Assembly: GCA_963662315.1 (NCBI GenBank)
Contig: OY759353.1
Span: 864,001 to 928,000, forward strand
Reading direction: 5' to 3'
Source: Geopsychrobacteraceae bacterium
GTDB taxonomy: Bacteria; Desulfobacterota; Desulfuromonadia; Desulfuromonadales; Geopsychrobacteraceae
DNA length: 64,000 bases
The translations under genes were made by a program, and so were the position numbers. The notes beneath the pieces were generated by a model that saw only the letters and a program-made list of their open reading frames with translations, made no database searches and was not told the origin of the DNA. Below are positions 17,026 through 26,900 of this stretch, one piece after another (within the stretch, counting starts at the first letter, position 1; each line of letters opens with the position of its first letter).

Positions 17026-17055
17026 AAGATAACCCTGACCACCCATAAAAGACAA
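17026..17055 (-). promoter_or_regulatory. Putative sigma70 promoter of the xis-rhuM operon
   Basis: TTGTCT-N18-TATCTT on the minus strand. Confidence 0.3.
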
Positions 17056-17150
17056 GAATAAAACAGGAGATCTGGGTCAGTTGCGGGATTTTTCCGACAC
17101 ATCCAAACGCCACCCGGTAAGGAAGCAGGGAAGTAATCAAAATTCACAAC

Positions 17151-17378
17151 ATGAAACGAGCAACCATGGACATCAACGACCTGTTTGACGGAATCATGAA
17201 GAGTATCAACCATTTTGCCTTTGATGCCGCCGAGCAGCGGTTGCAGGAAAAAATGCAAGACACCGGACGAGGTCCGGAGAATGGGGGGAAGAATGCAGAG
17301 AATTTTGAGACGAAAGAGAAGCGGGGTGTGACGGGAATCGCCTTCTACACCGAGAACATCCTGCTCTCGCCTGCGTAG
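17151..17378 (+). CDS. Small hypothetical ORF (75 aa), possibly a remnant
   Basis: Open frame only; its 3' end runs into the tmRNA-like repeat. Confidence 0.3.
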   Translation: MKRATMDINDLFDGIMKSINHFAFDAAEQRLQEKMQDTGRGPENGGKNAENFETKEKRGVTGIAFYTENILLSPA

Positions 17379-17472
17379 GCTCCCCTCCGCTCGCTGACGC
17401 GGCCATCCATGGCCGATTTTCTGACATTTAGTCAGCGCTCGCTCCGCTTCGATTCCCGAAACAGCTTCTAGC

Positions 17473-17511
17473 AAATAGAAAGCCACCCTGAATCAGGATG
17501 GCTTTTTTATT
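17473..17511. terminator. Bidirectional terminator downstream of tmRNA
   Basis: AAAGCCACCCTGA-A-TCAGGATGGCTTTTTT. Confidence 0.8.
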
Positions 17512-17863
17512 TGGTGGAGGTGGCGGGAATCGAACCCGCGTCCGAAAGCTTTCCACGTAAAGCTTCTACATGCTTAGTCTGCATATTAATTTAACCGGAG
17601 GAAGCTCCCACAGACAGGATATTCAACCGGCGAGTCTTTTTAGAGTTTCGCCTTTTAGCCAAAGACTTGCTATCGGACTAGCCTGCTCATTTAACGTCTC
17701 GACACTCACACAGGCGATGAGTGCAAAGACGTAGCAGCATTAAGCTGCTAATGCGTAACTAACGTCAGAGTCTGCGTTTAGTTAAGTTGGGCTTTGTTAC
17801 GGAGCCAGCCCACTCCGGCATGCGACTTTCGTTTCCGTCCCCCGTCGAAACCTTGACACCCCC
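17512..17863 (-). ncRNA. ssrA: tmRNA; tag peptide (A)ADSDVSYALAA encoded at 17775-17740
   Basis: 5' GGGGGTGTCAAGGTTTCGAC, 3' GGGTTCGATTCCCGCCACCTCCACCA, tag ending YALAA-stop, directly downstream of smpB. Confidence 0.97.
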
Positions 17864-17944
17864 AAATCTTATTTTTGTTTTAAAGTTAACTAGTTTTAGT
17901 TGATTTCTTCAAGTATTATCACACAAAAAAACAATACTTGCAAA

Positions 17945-18400
17945 CTATCTTGAGGAATTCTTCATTGCTTTGGCCATTTCGCGGTCGGCCTCTTTACGCT
18001 TTAAACTCTCGCGTTTATCGTGGAGCTTTTTACCACGTCCCAGACCAAGTTCCAACTTGATAAAATTCTTTTTGAAATAAATTTTCGTTGGAATCAGAGC
18101 CAAACCTTTTTGCTCGGTTTGACGGATCAGCTTATCAATCTCGGCATGATGCAACAGCAGCTTACGCATGCGGGTCGGATCGTGGTTTTCACGATTACCG
18201 AACTCATACTCAGAGATATTCATATTATTGATAAAAACTTCACCGTCTTTAATGCGACAGAACGATTCCTTGAGGTTAATCTTCCCGGCCCTGACCGATT
18301 TTACCTCGGTTCCGGTCAGAGCAATGCCGGCCTCATAGGTTTCTTCGATAAAGTAATCGTGATATGCCTTCTTATTGGTGGCAATTATTTTGATACCCAT
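17945..18400 (-). CDS. smpB: SsrA-binding protein SmpB
   Basis: [35 protein letters not shown]. Confidence 0.98.
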   Translation of the reverse strand: MGIKIIATNKKAYHDYFIEETYEAGIALTGTEVKSVRAGKINLKESFCRIKDGEVFINNMNISEYEFGNRENHDPTRMRKLLLHHAEIDKLIRQTEQKGLALIPTKIYFKKNFIKLELGLGRGKKLHDKRESLKRKEADREMAKAMKNSSR

Positions 18401-18420
18401 ATTCTGGTAACTTTCCTGAT

Positions 18421-18864
18421 TCAGGATTCAACAGCAACGATTTTAGGCATATAGTTTTCTTTTTTCATTTTTCGGGTAAAAAAGCGAATTCCAAGAAAAC
18501 TGACCACCAGACAAATCGAACCAAGAAGAGCAGACAGCAATGACGAATCAAAAGATTCGCTCCCCTCACCTATTTGCTGGCCAATAATCGCACCAATAAG
18601 TAAAGCAACAACCGGAACGATATACAGCATAAATGACGACATGAGAAAATTCTGTGTTGTCGTTACAACCTTAACCCGGTCATGCAGCTTACCACCAGCA
18701 ACGTTCAGTGCCTCAACCAGCATAATTTCTTTATCATCACCCATTTTGCAGGCATCGACAGACGGACAATGGTCACAGGCACTACTGCGCCCACACTCGA
18801 CAGCAACGATATTATCCGCTTTAATTTCTACTATGGTTCCGTGTTCTTCAATCATATCTTTCAT
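18421..18864 (-). CDS. RseC/MucC family membrane protein
   Basis: MIEEHG start, SACDHC...C cysteine motif, YIVP and two TM helices. Confidence 0.85.
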   Translation of the reverse strand: MKDMIEEHGTIVEIKADNIVAVECGRSSACDHCPSVDACKMGDDKEIMLVEALNVAGGKLHDRVKVVTTTQNFLMSSFMLYIVPVVALLIGAIIGQQIGEGSESFDSSLLSALLGSICLVVSFLGIRFFTRKMKKENYMPKIVAVES

Positions 18865-18929
18865 TTCTCACTAGCTTCAAACCGTAAACGAGGATTTTTT
18901 TCGAAAAGATCCGCTTTCCGGCTGAAAAA

Positions 18930-20192
18930 TCAGATTGCCTGTTCCTCACCATCCATAAAAACATGGACAATATCACCACTGCAACCCGGCGCTACAAAAT
19001 AATCGAAAACCTCGGCCTTCGCAACAATTGATTTCGGAGCAAGAATTTGGAAGTCCGCAATTTTACCAGGTTCCAGGCTGCCATAATCAGCAGCCATGCC
19101 CAACACGTCGGCTCCGGACAAGGAAGCCAGATAAAAAAGTGTCGGCGCATCCAGATCCCCGCCAAACCAACTATGAGCGAAGGCCATCTCATCCCAGATC
19201 GACAGGCTGTCACAACTGGCGAGGCTATCCGTTCCCAACGCAAGACGAACACCGGAGTCCAACAATTTTCCGGCAGGCGCTTTTCCGACCTTTAACAGGC
19301 TGTTGGAACGTGGGCATAAAGCGATAGTCATACGCTTACTGGCCAGCAAGTCAATTTCTTCATCATTAAGCTGCACGCCATGTACCAGAAGATTTTGCGG
19401 AAATAACCCGCCGACCTGCTCCAGATAGACCACCGGCCGTAAACCACAGCCATCAGGAACGTTATCTTGCCACCCTATAGCAGGGTAAAATTTTTCTGCA
19501 AACAAACCACTGCCATCGGCAACAAAGGCGGTCTCTTCCACCGACTCGGCCAGATGCGTAGCACAGAACAATTGCTGCTCTTGGCAATACCGATAAACCT
19601 TCTGCATATAACTGCGGCTGATCGTATAAGGAGAATGAGGAGAAAGACCCTTAACAAGGTTCCCAGAGAAGTCTTGAGCCAGAAGACCTTTAAACTTGTC
19701 GAAAACCTGCTCAGTCAACACCGGATCATGTCCGAGAGTTTCTAAATACAGGCGTCCGCGAATACTGGTACTTTCATAGTCAGCAACACCTGGATGATAG
19801 GTGAGGATATCCCCGATCAGACCAGTACCAGCGGCAAGGGATTGTTTAAACCCGTTAGCGATTGAGCGATGAAAATCAGCACCTTCCAGTTGTCTCTTCA
19901 CCCGGACTAAACGCAGAATCCACTCAACAAAATCCTCGGGTTCGACAGTCTCCTGAACTCGTTCCGCCCACAGCGGAAAATCGGTTAAATCCAGGTGGGT
20001 ATGGGCATTGACCAAGAGGGGCGCCATAACCGATTCACCAAAATCGACGACTTCGGCGTCGCCGTGCTCAGCAACCAGTTCTATAAAGCTGCCAACAGCA
20101 AGAATCCTGGGTCCCTGAACCAGCAACGCCCCGTCATCAAGTGGCGGAGCGTTGCCAGAAACCAACAAACGAACACGGTAGAGCTTTTTCAT
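18930..20192 (-). CDS. Metal-dependent amidohydrolase/deaminase
   Basis: NAHTHL, PHSPY, HLAES, HGV, CPRSN, LGTDS. Confidence 0.88.
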   Translation of the reverse strand: MKKLYRVRLLVSGNAPPLDDGALLVQGPRILAVGSFIELVAEHGDAEVVDFGESVMAPLLVNAHTHLDLTDFPLWAERVQETVEPEDFVEWILRLVRVKRQLEGADFHRSIANGFKQSLAAGTGLIGDILTYHPGVADYESTSIRGRLYLETLGHDPVLTEQVFDKFKGLLAQDFSGNLVKGLSPHSPYTISRSYMQKVYRYCQEQQLFCATHLAESVEETAFVADGSGLFAEKFYPAIGWQDNVPDGCGLRPVVYLEQVGGLFPQNLLVHGVQLNDEEIDLLASKRMTIALCPRSNSLLKVGKAPAGKLLDSGVRLALGTDSLASCDSLSIWDEMAFAHSWFGGDLDAPTLFYLASLSGADVLGMAADYGSLEPGKIADFQILAPKSIVAKAEVFDYFVAPGCSGDIVHVFMDGEEQAI

Positions 20193-20195
20193 CGG

Positions 20196-21836
20196 CTATC
20201 CGGCATGAGCAATTAATTCCCTTATGGTCTTAAGATACTGCTGAACTTCTGGCTCCTGTTCCACTATAGCACATTGCTCGGCAAGTACGGACTTCAGGAT
20301 GTCTTCTGTGGTTAAGGGATTGGCCAAAACGGATCTGAACACCGTAATCTGATCCCGGCCGTAGCGGGCACAGCGTAGACGCGTGCGCGAAACAAAGGTT
20401 TTCCCCACTTCGCGCTGGACTTTCTGAACCAGTTGCACAATCTGGTCGAGCTGCTGATTGACCTTCAACAACGTTTCCTTATCCAGTCTGAGCAATTGAT
20501 CTTCTAACCATTGGGGACAATAACGATAGGTCAGGATATTCAATTCTGGCGCTGAAATGAGCTCAAAATCAGGGTGCTGCTTAATCAGTTCAGCAAACTG
20601 GTTGGCCTTTTCGATACCCAGGTCGATCAACAGTTCATACCCCTTGCGCCCGATAATTGACAAACCGGCATGAACCAGTAAAGCCTTACCTGGGCGGGAG
20701 CCTTCTAAAGTATGACTGCCCAGGTCTTTGGAACCATGACGCAAGATATAGTTTGCATGGTGCTCAATAGAATTGAGCGCATGAGGATCTTTAAACAGCA
20801 CCATACCTGCCCCCATAGGGACATAGAGCTGTTTATGGGCGTCAATCGTAACGGAATCTGCACGCTCAATCCCGGACAGCAGCTGGCGATGCGTGTCAGA
20901 AAAGAGCGTCGGTCCACCCCAGGCAGCGTCAACATGAAAATGGCAACCGATCTTCTCGGCAAAATCGGCCAGGGCATTCAGAGGATCGACATTCCCGGTT
21001 TCGGTCGTTCCGGCAATCCCCAGCACTGCCAGTGGCCTGATATTATTATCCTGCAATTTCTGATGCTCTTCGCGCAGGTGCTTAAGATCAATGCGATTGT
21101 TCTCATCGGTATCGATAAGAATCAGGTTGTCGCGGCCTATCCCCAAAACATCAGCGGCTTTACCAAGAGAATAGTGAGCACGTCGGGAAGCAAGAATGGC
21201 CAATCCTTCGCAGTTCAGGTACTTAAGAGCTTTAAAAAGCCCCTCCTGAGCGATTCCGCCAAAATCAGCGGTCGGCTTAAACAAGGTATTACGCGCCACC
21301 CACAAAGCCGTGGTATTGGCGATGGTACCACCAGAACAGAACGCACCCAAGGCATGGATACTGTCATGAATATAGTAATTATAAAATTCGTCATCACCTG
21401 AATAAATAAGCCGATGCAACATGGCCAGAACCTGACGCTCCAATGGTGTAAAAGCTTTGGACGTTTCAACCTTGACGAGGTTCTGGTTGAGGGCGGTCAT
21501 AATGCGTGACAGGGGCAGCATAAAATAAGGCAGGGCTGAAGTCATGTGCCCGACAAAACCGGGGGCCGCAGTATGCACCGACTGGGCGACAAGTTTATCT
21601 TTTACAAATTGAGTATATTGGGAAACAAACGTCGGGTCTTCCGGAATGGCCGAGTCGGAAAAATCTTTTTCAATTTCTTCGAGACTATATTCCTGAGCGA
21701 CAATATGTTTCTGCAAAAACTCGGCGACATTGTCACTGATCGCCTGATCGATCTTTCCCAAGGTTGAATCGGGAGCCTCAGGAACAGTAAAGATCCGGTA
21801 CAGAGTCTTTAAATTGGCTAGCGCTGTTTCAGTCAT
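20196..21836 (-). CDS. panP: PLP-dependent aspartate 1-decarboxylase (PanP, replaces PanD)
   Basis: Group II decarboxylase motifs HVDAAWGG and DAHKQL, LNQNLVKVETSKAFT; directly follows panC. Confidence 0.88.
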   Translation of the reverse strand: MTETALANLKTLYRIFTVPEAPDSTLGKIDQAISDNVAEFLQKHIVAQEYSLEEIEKDFSDSAIPEDPTFVSQYTQFVKDKLVAQSVHTAAPGFVGHMTSALPYFMLPLSRIMTALNQNLVKVETSKAFTPLERQVLAMLHRLIYSGDDEFYNYYIHDSIHALGAFCSGGTIANTTALWVARNTLFKPTADFGGIAQEGLFKALKYLNCEGLAILASRRAHYSLGKAADVLGIGRDNLILIDTDENNRIDLKHLREEHQKLQDNNIRPLAVLGIAGTTETGNVDPLNALADFAEKIGCHFHVDAAWGGPTLFSDTHRQLLSGIERADSVTIDAHKQLYVPMGAGMVLFKDPHALNSIEHHANYILRHGSKDLGSHTLEGSRPGKALLVHAGLSIIGRKGYELLIDLGIEKANQFAELIKQHPDFELISAPELNILTYRYCPQWLEDQLLRLDKETLLKVNQQLDQIVQLVQKVQREVGKTFVSRTRLRCARYGRDQITVFRSVLANPLTTEDILKSVLAEQCAIVEQEPEVQQYLKTIRELIAHAG

Positions 21837-22684
21837 CAGGCCACCACCAGATAGCCATTATCAATCAATCGCGTTGTCCCGAATCGAACCGCCATCAGCA
21901 GTACAGAATCCTTATCAACGCTCTGTTGATCTTCCAGTGTCAGTTGATGACAGATCTTAACATAATCGACAACCGCTTCAGGTTGAGCAGAAATTTTCCG
22001 GATTAAGGCGCCGATCAGATCGGCGCAGTTGGTATTGCCAACAGCAACCAGTTCACGCGCGTCAGCCAGGGCCTGGGAGAGGCCCAGAGCCTGCTGCCGC
22101 TGTCCGGCATTCAGATAGACGTTGCGCGAGCTCATCGCGAGTCCGTCCGCCTCTCGGAAAATCGGCATACCGATGATTTCAACCGGCAGATTCAGATCTG
22201 CAACCATGCGTCGGATCACGGCCAGCTGTTGAAAGTCTTTATTGCCAAAGAAGGCTTTATGCGGTTGCACCAGATTAAATAATTTACTGACGACCGTACA
22301 AACCCCACGGAAATGGCCGGGTCGGCTGGCCCCACACAAAGTTTCGGTTATCCCTTCAACGTTGACATAGGTGGCATAACCTGACGGGTACATTTCTGCT
22401 GCAGTCGGGGCAAAAATAACATCAACACCGGCATCCTTTGCCACTTCACTGTCACGCTCAAGGTCACGCGGATAATCTTCAAAATCTTCCCCCTGCCCAA
22501 ACTGGGTCGGGTTGACAAAAATAGACAGGACCAGAAGATCCCCCTGCTTACGTCCTTCATGCAATAAAGACGAATGACCATCGTGCAGATAACCCATGGT
22601 GGGAACGAAACAGATTGTTTTGCCGTTGCTTCGGGCCTGTTTGCTCCAGGTCTGCATTTCAGCGGTTGTCTGAATAATTTTCAT
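21836..22684 (-). CDS. panC: Pantoate-beta-alanine ligase
   Basis: [38 protein letters not shown]. Confidence 0.97.
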   Translation of the reverse strand: MKIIQTTAEMQTWSKQARSNGKTICFVPTMGYLHDGHSSLLHEGRKQGDLLVLSIFVNPTQFGQGEDFEDYPRDLERDSEVAKDAGVDVIFAPTAAEMYPSGYATYVNVEGITETLCGASRPGHFRGVCTVVSKLFNLVQPHKAFFGNKDFQQLAVIRRMVADLNLPVEIIGMPIFREADGLAMSSRNVYLNAGQRQQALGLSQALADARELVAVGNTNCADLIGALIRKISAQPEAVVDYVKICHQLTLEDQQSVDKDSVLLMAVRFGTTRLIDNGYLVVA

Positions 22685-22699
22685 AATAATGGCCCCTTT

Positions 22700-23503
22700 T
22701 TATTTAAAAGAATGCTCAGGGCCAGGAAACTGACCTTCTTTGACTTCGGAAATATACTGTTCAATCCCTTTGCTGATCGTGTCATGAACATCGGCAAAGC
22801 GCTTAACAAATTTTGGTGAATATTTATCACACAGACCGAGAATATCGTGAATGACCAAAACCTGACCGTCACAGTCGGGTCCGGCACCGATACCTATCGT
22901 TGGAATGGTTAGCTGACTTGAAATCTCACGCGCCAGTTCGGCCGGTATTGCCTCAAGAACAACAGCAAAAGCACCTGCTTCTTCAACAGCTTTGGCATCG
23001 GCAATAATTTTTCGCATCTGGCCGTCTTGGCGCCCCTGAACCCTGAACCCGCCCATGCGATGTACAGACTGCGGGGTCAGTCCAATGTGACCACATACCG
23101 GAACATCCATAGTAACAATCGCCCTGATGGTATCAGCGATGTTTTCTCCGCCTTCAAGCTTAACGGCCTGGGCTCCAGCCTCTTTGACCAGACGACCGGC
23201 ATTCAAGCGGGCATCACGCAAATCGATCTGATAGGAGAGAAACGGCATATCAGCAATAATGAGTGCCTGCTGACATCCGCGCGCAACGGCTCGGGTATGG
23301 TAAACCATTTCATCCATCGTCACCGGCAGGGTATTGTCATAACCAGAGAAAACCGAGCCGACAGAATCTCCAACCAGAATCATGTCGATGCCGGCATTAT
23401 CCATCATTTTCGCAAACGGGTAATCATAAGCAGTCAGGACACTGATCTTCTCCCCCTGCTCTTTCATTTGTGCGATATCCAAAATTGTTCTGCGCTTAGT
23501 CAC
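22700..23503 (-). CDS. panB: 3-methyl-2-oxobutanoate hydroxymethyltransferase
   Basis: LTAYD, LVGDS, VKLEGG, HIGLTPQS, IGIGAG; GTG start. Confidence 0.97.
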   Translation of the reverse strand: MTKRRTILDIAQMKEQGEKISVLTAYDYPFAKMMDNAGIDMILVGDSVGSVFSGYDNTLPVTMDEMVYHTRAVARGCQQALIIADMPFLSYQIDLRDARLNAGRLVKEAGAQAVKLEGGENIADTIRAIVTMDVPVCGHIGLTPQSVHRMGGFRVQGRQDGQMRKIIADAKAVEEAGAFAVVLEAIPAELAREISSQLTIPTIGIGAGPDCDGQVLVIHDILGLCDKYSPKFVKRFADVHDTISKGIEQYISEVKEGQFPGPEHSFK

Positions 23504-23524
23504 GATAAAAGCCTCGCTAAAAAC

Positions 23525-23553
23525 AAAAAAAGCCCTTCGTCATAACGAAAGGC
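23525..23553 (-). terminator. Leader terminator (attenuator) upstream of panB
   Basis: GCCTTTCGT-TATG-ACGAAGGGC-TTTTTTT ending ~20 nt before the panB start. Confidence 0.85.
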
Positions 23554-23559
23554 ATACGT

Positions 23560-23634
23560 CGAGACCAACACACAAGTGGCCTCTGTTCCGATTATCTCTG
23601 CACCTTCCGTCCCGGTCATTACTGATCCAGGCGG
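23560..23634 (-). ncRNA. pan RNA motif (cis-regulatory, two hairpins)
   Basis: CCGCCTGGATC-AGTAAT-GACCGGGACGG hairpin with bulged As plus a second GAGGCCA...TGGTCTC hairpin, upstream of panB. Confidence 0.8.
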
Positions 23635-23922
23635 TGTAAAATCGTCAGGCCTGCAGCAACGGGCCGTGAAAATTTCACCGGATCTATGTTGTCAACTTTT
23701 CACGCACCGGAATAATGCGACCATACGACTCCAGTCAGTGTACCGGGTCAGTCTTATTATCCGTATGAAAAGCGAAAACCGGTATAGCACAGGAACCTGC
23801 CTCAGTCTACATTTTTTGACTAAGAGGAATTGACCAGGCAATAAGTGGTAAGCAGCAGAAATATCAGGTAAAAGATGCGGAGAGCTGATGTCGCTCTCCG
23901 CATTTGTCATAAACGGGTAAGA

Positions 23923-26900
23923 TCAGACGGCAAGCAGACCGTCGAGGCTGCGCAATAAAACGGTGAAAGGATGAAAGTTACTGGTCTTTTCACTAAGCAG
24001 GCTCTGTCTTAGATCATCATAGACCCGCATTTTCTGGCGTCTGACCGCAAAGTAAGCATCCGGCTGCACGGCCTGTTCTGCGGCGACATGCTGAATAATC
24101 CTGACATGCACCGCCTGCAGTGATCCCAGTAACGATTCACGAGCCTGACGATCCCAATGATCTCTGACCGGAACCCTACCAACCAGATCGAAGATATCAT
24201 CAAGTTTAAGTTGATGATCAACAACGGCTTTGATGTTGGCCAGTTGCTCAAGATTGTCACAGGCCTGATTACACATGCCAAACAGGGAGATAAAGTCTCC
24301 CAGGTAATTCATCAACACAAATCGTGACGCCATGTCTTCTTGCAGGCCATGCCCTTTGAACTGCTCAAGAACTTTGGCTTTTTTACTTGTTTCCAGATCA
24401 TCCAACATGCTTGGAATCAGGTCGGAATACGCATTGAACTGCTTTTTCATAAAGGCCAATTCATCAGCCGACTGGGGTATTTTGATACCGTTGCCCAGAG
24501 CATACCGTGTATAACCTGCAATCAAGGCTTCAAGTTTCAACAGCAGTGCATACTGCTTATTGGCATCGGTCTTATTATCAAGGGCATAAACAGCACTTCT
24601 GAGCTCAGCACCTCCGACCAGACTGTCAAACACAAGATACGCAAGCGCAACATCAACTTGAGAACAACCAATCATCCGGCTGGTATTCAGCAGGAAGGTC
24701 GCACCCGCCTGATCGATAACCCTGTTGGTCAGCATCGTGGCCATAATTTCCTTGGCCAGCGGATGTTTTGGTAACACGTCACGGTAACGATCGATGACTT
24801 CCTGCGGGAAATAATCAAGCAGCAAACCGGTAACAACCGGATTATTCGGCAAATCGGTATCGTTCAGGGCGCTGAATAAGAACATCTTACTGTAGGCCAG
24901 AAGAACCGACAGCTCCGGTCGCACCAGTCGCGCCTCGCTTCTGGACAGGACATCTTTTCTACTCGGTAAAAACTCACCGCGCCGGTCGAGCAACCCGGCG
25001 CGACCAAGACGGTCGATCAGGTCAAGATAGGAATCGACATCTTTACGGCAGCGGATTTCATCAAGAGACAGTGCGAGAGTCTGGGTATAATTGTTAGCCA
25101 GAACATCCTTACAAACTGTCTCTTGAATCTCTTCAAGCAAGGCATACCCCTGTTCGAGATTATTGATTTTACCTTCATGACGTAATTCGCGCAGGAGAAT
25201 TTTGAGATTCACCTCATGGTCGGAACTATCAACACCCCCGGAATTGTCGATGGCATCGGTATTGATATGCCCGCCAGCCAGCGCATATTCAATCCTGCCT
25301 AATTGGGTCACCCCAAGGTTTCCACCTTCGCCAACAACCTTGGCTTTAATTTCAAGTGCATCAATTCGTACAGCGTCATTAGCACGGTCGCCGGCATCTT
25401 CATTGGTTTCGGTACTGGCTTTGATATATGTCCCGATACCACCGTTCCACAACAGGTCGACCTCCGCGGTCAGTATCAGTTTAATCAGACCGGGCACATC
25501 AATACTGCTCTGCCGCGTGCCCAGCATCTGAGCAACTTGCGGCGATAGTGGAATTTCCTTGAGTTGGCGCGAATATACACCACCACCGGATGAGATGAGG
25601 TCTTTATTGTAATCATCCCAGCTTGAGCGCGGCAAATTGAACAGACGTTCACGTTCAAGGAAAGAGATTTCCGGATCGGGGTTCGGATCCAGGAAGATAT
25701 GCCGGTGATCAAAAGCAGCAAGCAGTCTGATTTTACGTGACAGCAGCATGCCGTTACCGAAGACATCACCGCTCATATCACCAACCCCGACAACGGTAAA
25801 GGGTTCAGACTGGATATCGTGCCCCATTTCACGGAAAGACCGCTTAACACTTTCCCAGGCACCGCGGGCGGTTATACCAAGCTTTTTATGGTCATAGCCG
25901 TGTGAGCCGCCGCTGGCAAAAGCATCCCCCAACCAGAAACCATAGGAATTACTGACCGCATTGGCGGTATCTGACAAGTGTGCGGTACCTTTATCGGCAG
26001 CAACAACCAGATATGGGTCCAGATCATCGTACGCGATAACACCCTCGGGACGAATGATCTGATTGCCTTCACGGTTGTCTGCGGTATCAAGCAGTCCGCG
26101 CATCAGGGTCTCGTAAGCAGCAGTGACATATTTACCCATTTGTTCACGATCCGGACTGGTGAGTTTGGTGATAAACCCGCCTTTGGCACCCTGCGGAACG
26201 ATAACCGCGTTCTTGGCCATCTGCGCCTTGACCAGACCGAGAACTTCAGTGCGGAAATCATCGGGGCGGTCTGACCAGCGAATGCCACCACGTGAAACCT
26301 TACCGCCGCGCATATGGATCCCTTCCATGGTTGCCGAGTGGACATAAACCTCATACAACGGACGCGGACTCGGCATATCGATGACACCAAGAGAACTGAT
26401 CTTGATCGAGATAAAGTAGTCATCACGCTGATAACGCAGGAAAAAATTGGTCCGGATGGTGGAATCAATCAGGTTGAACAAGGTCCTTAAAATACGGTCT
26501 TCGTTGGTATCGCTGACTTCTTCAAGCGCAGTGGCAAGTTCCATGCGAATGGGGGAAAGAACATCAAGCTCCCTGACCATCGGGTCATTCCACTCTTCGG
26601 ACGGCTTAAAGCGCCCCTCAAAATAACGATAAAGCAGAAGTGCTACCTGGTAATTATTCACCAGACTATCTGCAACCCGCTTTTTGCTGAACGGGCTCCC
26701 TAGTTGGAAATAATAATTACGATAGCAGCGGAATACGTCTATTTCCCGCCACGACAGTCCGGTAAGCAGCTGTAGCTGATGGAGGTAGTCATTCTCGACC
26801 TCCCCTTTACGCATGGCGGCCAGCGTATCAAGCATCAGGTGTTTGATTTCTTTAAACGATTTTACCCCGGTAACATTAGGGCGAATACCGAAGCTTTTGA

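Larger units (their letters stand above)
9880..17511. mobile_element. Decayed genomic-island segment at the tmRNA 3' end (defence-type cargo, no integrase visible); left boundary uncertain
   Basis: Visibly more GC-rich than its flanks; adjacent to the ssrA 3' end; Xis-like HTH, RM/Fic/RhuM cargo, four pseudogenes. Confidence 0.7.
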
